This document shows, piece after piece, positions 62,931 through 64,000 of a DNA stretch of 64,000 nt. The notes below the pieces were generated by a model, which saw only the letters and a list, made by a program, of their open reading frames with translations, did no database searches and was not told the origin of the DNA. The DNA lies in the NCBI RefSeq assembly GCF_963921235.1, contig NC_086097.1, positions 202,308,001-202,372,000 of the forward strand, given 5' to 3'. Positions within the stretch are counted from its first letter, which is position 1, and the number at the start of each line of letters is the position of its first letter. The stretch comes from Mobula hypostoma. Taxonomy: Eukaryota. The translations under genes and the position numbers were made by a program.

Positions 62931-64000
62931 ATTACTGAAATTCACAGTTTTATTTTCTATATTATCATGTATTGCATTATACTTCTGCCACAAAATTAAC
63001 AAATTTCACGACAGAAGCCGGTGATATTAAACTTGACTCTGATTCTGATATTACATCAGCACTGTATCATCCAGCTACAAATGGCTTGGCAGAAAAGTTT
63101 GACCAGAGTCTAAAAGACACACTGCGAGCATTGTCAGCATAAGACACTACACTGACACTGAACCAGAGGCTCGCCATTTTCTTCCTTACACATTGCAACG
63201 CAGCACACTCCACAACCAACAACTATGCTGTTCCTGGGTTGTCGCTTGCATTCATGTTTGGATCTCTTCAAACCCAGTTTCAGAAGAATCATGCAGAGAG
63301 AAACAGCTGAGACAAATTGAAGGCTCTTCAAATAAGATGTTTCGGTGTTTCACTTCTGGACAAGTTTCCTGGCAAGGGACTGCAGAAATAATCAAATGTG
63401 GATACTCGGAAAGATCAATAACAGAACTGGACCACTCTCCTTGACAGCGCAGATTGCGTCTAATATCTGGAGGCGACACATCGATCAGTTGAGGAAAGCA
63501 AAGTCAATCATTAAGAGTTTTTAAGTTGGCTGCTGCTATCAGAACCACTTCCTGCAATCTCAGAGTCAACAATTACAACAGGGGAGGCCCCAAAACCTGA
63601 GATTGTTTCACAGCCGCAAGTCTCACCTGCAAAGCAGAGTGACACCCCTTGCCAGGAAAGATGTTATCCGGCAAGAGGAAGAAATCCTCCATAGTGATTA
63701 AATCTTTCGGCCTGAATGGAACAATTTAAAATTTACCGTGCTGTGGATGTATTATATAATATACTGTGTACATAATTGAGATACATTCTCTATTGAGTTG
63801 GAGTTTATTGCTAAGCCAGAAAGAGTGTTGTGTATTTAATATTTCAGTAATATTTGAATAATCTTGTATATATATTTGATTAAGCATTCTTGTTCATTAC
63901 AGGTTATATGTATAAATACGTGAATTGCATATGTCATCACGCTACCACATGATACTTAAAGTAAAATGCAAAGTTAGACTCACATTTCATATGCTCCTGT

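Larger units (their letters stand above)
61429..63048 (+). mobile_element. Rex1/Babar LINE 3' fragment nested in Gypsy integrase
   Basis: [17 protein letters not shown] and KDHHHPGHALFSLLPSGRRY peptides; tail gactctgattctga. Confidence 0.87.
54983..64000 (+). mobile_element. Two-LTR Gypsy provirus (5' LTR 54983-55242; 3' LTR from 63826 past the window end) with decayed gag, PR, RH and IN, and three nested LINEs
   Basis: The two LTRs align and a purine-rich PPT lies at 63813-63825. Gag starts at 57889 (IEQYFEANEIANEK), with a Cys-knuckle near 58470-58550. Protease KMEVDTG about 59980; VLTHYDP about 60550; integrase WQRIHVDFA about 61270 and YHPATNGLAE about 63065. Confidence 0.88.

Noticed and set aside
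1..64000. Prokaryotic-style systems (CRISPR arrays, operons, defence islands, retrons)
   Set aside because: No repeat-spacer array and no dense intact ORFs; all RT-like peptides belong to decayed eukaryotic retroelements.

Overview
Vertebrate genomic DNA, not prokaryotic. The repeat inventory (CR1, Rex1/Babar, Penelope, fish-type L1, Gypsy, Chapaev3) suggests a cartilaginous fish, probably a ray or skate; this is an inference. No intact host protein-coding gene can be supported. Most of the window is nested, decayed mobile elements: two L1s (one inside the other), several CR1s (one nearly full length), a Penelope element with hammerhead-ribozyme (HHR) pseudo-LTRs plus a solo pLTR, Rex1 and RTE fragments, a short RTE-derived element, two tRNA-headed SINEs sharing its tail, Gypsy proviruses and solo LTRs, and mariner, hAT, pogo and Chapaev3 DNA transposons. 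AT-rich, repeat-poor islands (about 11.6-13.7, 25-28, 31.5-33.3 and 49.2-51.7 kb) may hold conserved non-coding elements or small exons. The best second-look items are: an intact minimal HHR; inverted pLTR segments ending at almost the same base in two independent Penelope insertions; a candidate HDV-like fold in the RTE-derived element; a copy of nearby genomic DNA captured at a CR1 5' junction; a Rex1 insertion joined at the homologous RT motif of an older Rex1; and two long palindromes. I found no clearly new biological system. All family calls come from motif recognition, not database searches, and boundaries without a TSD or TIR are approximate.
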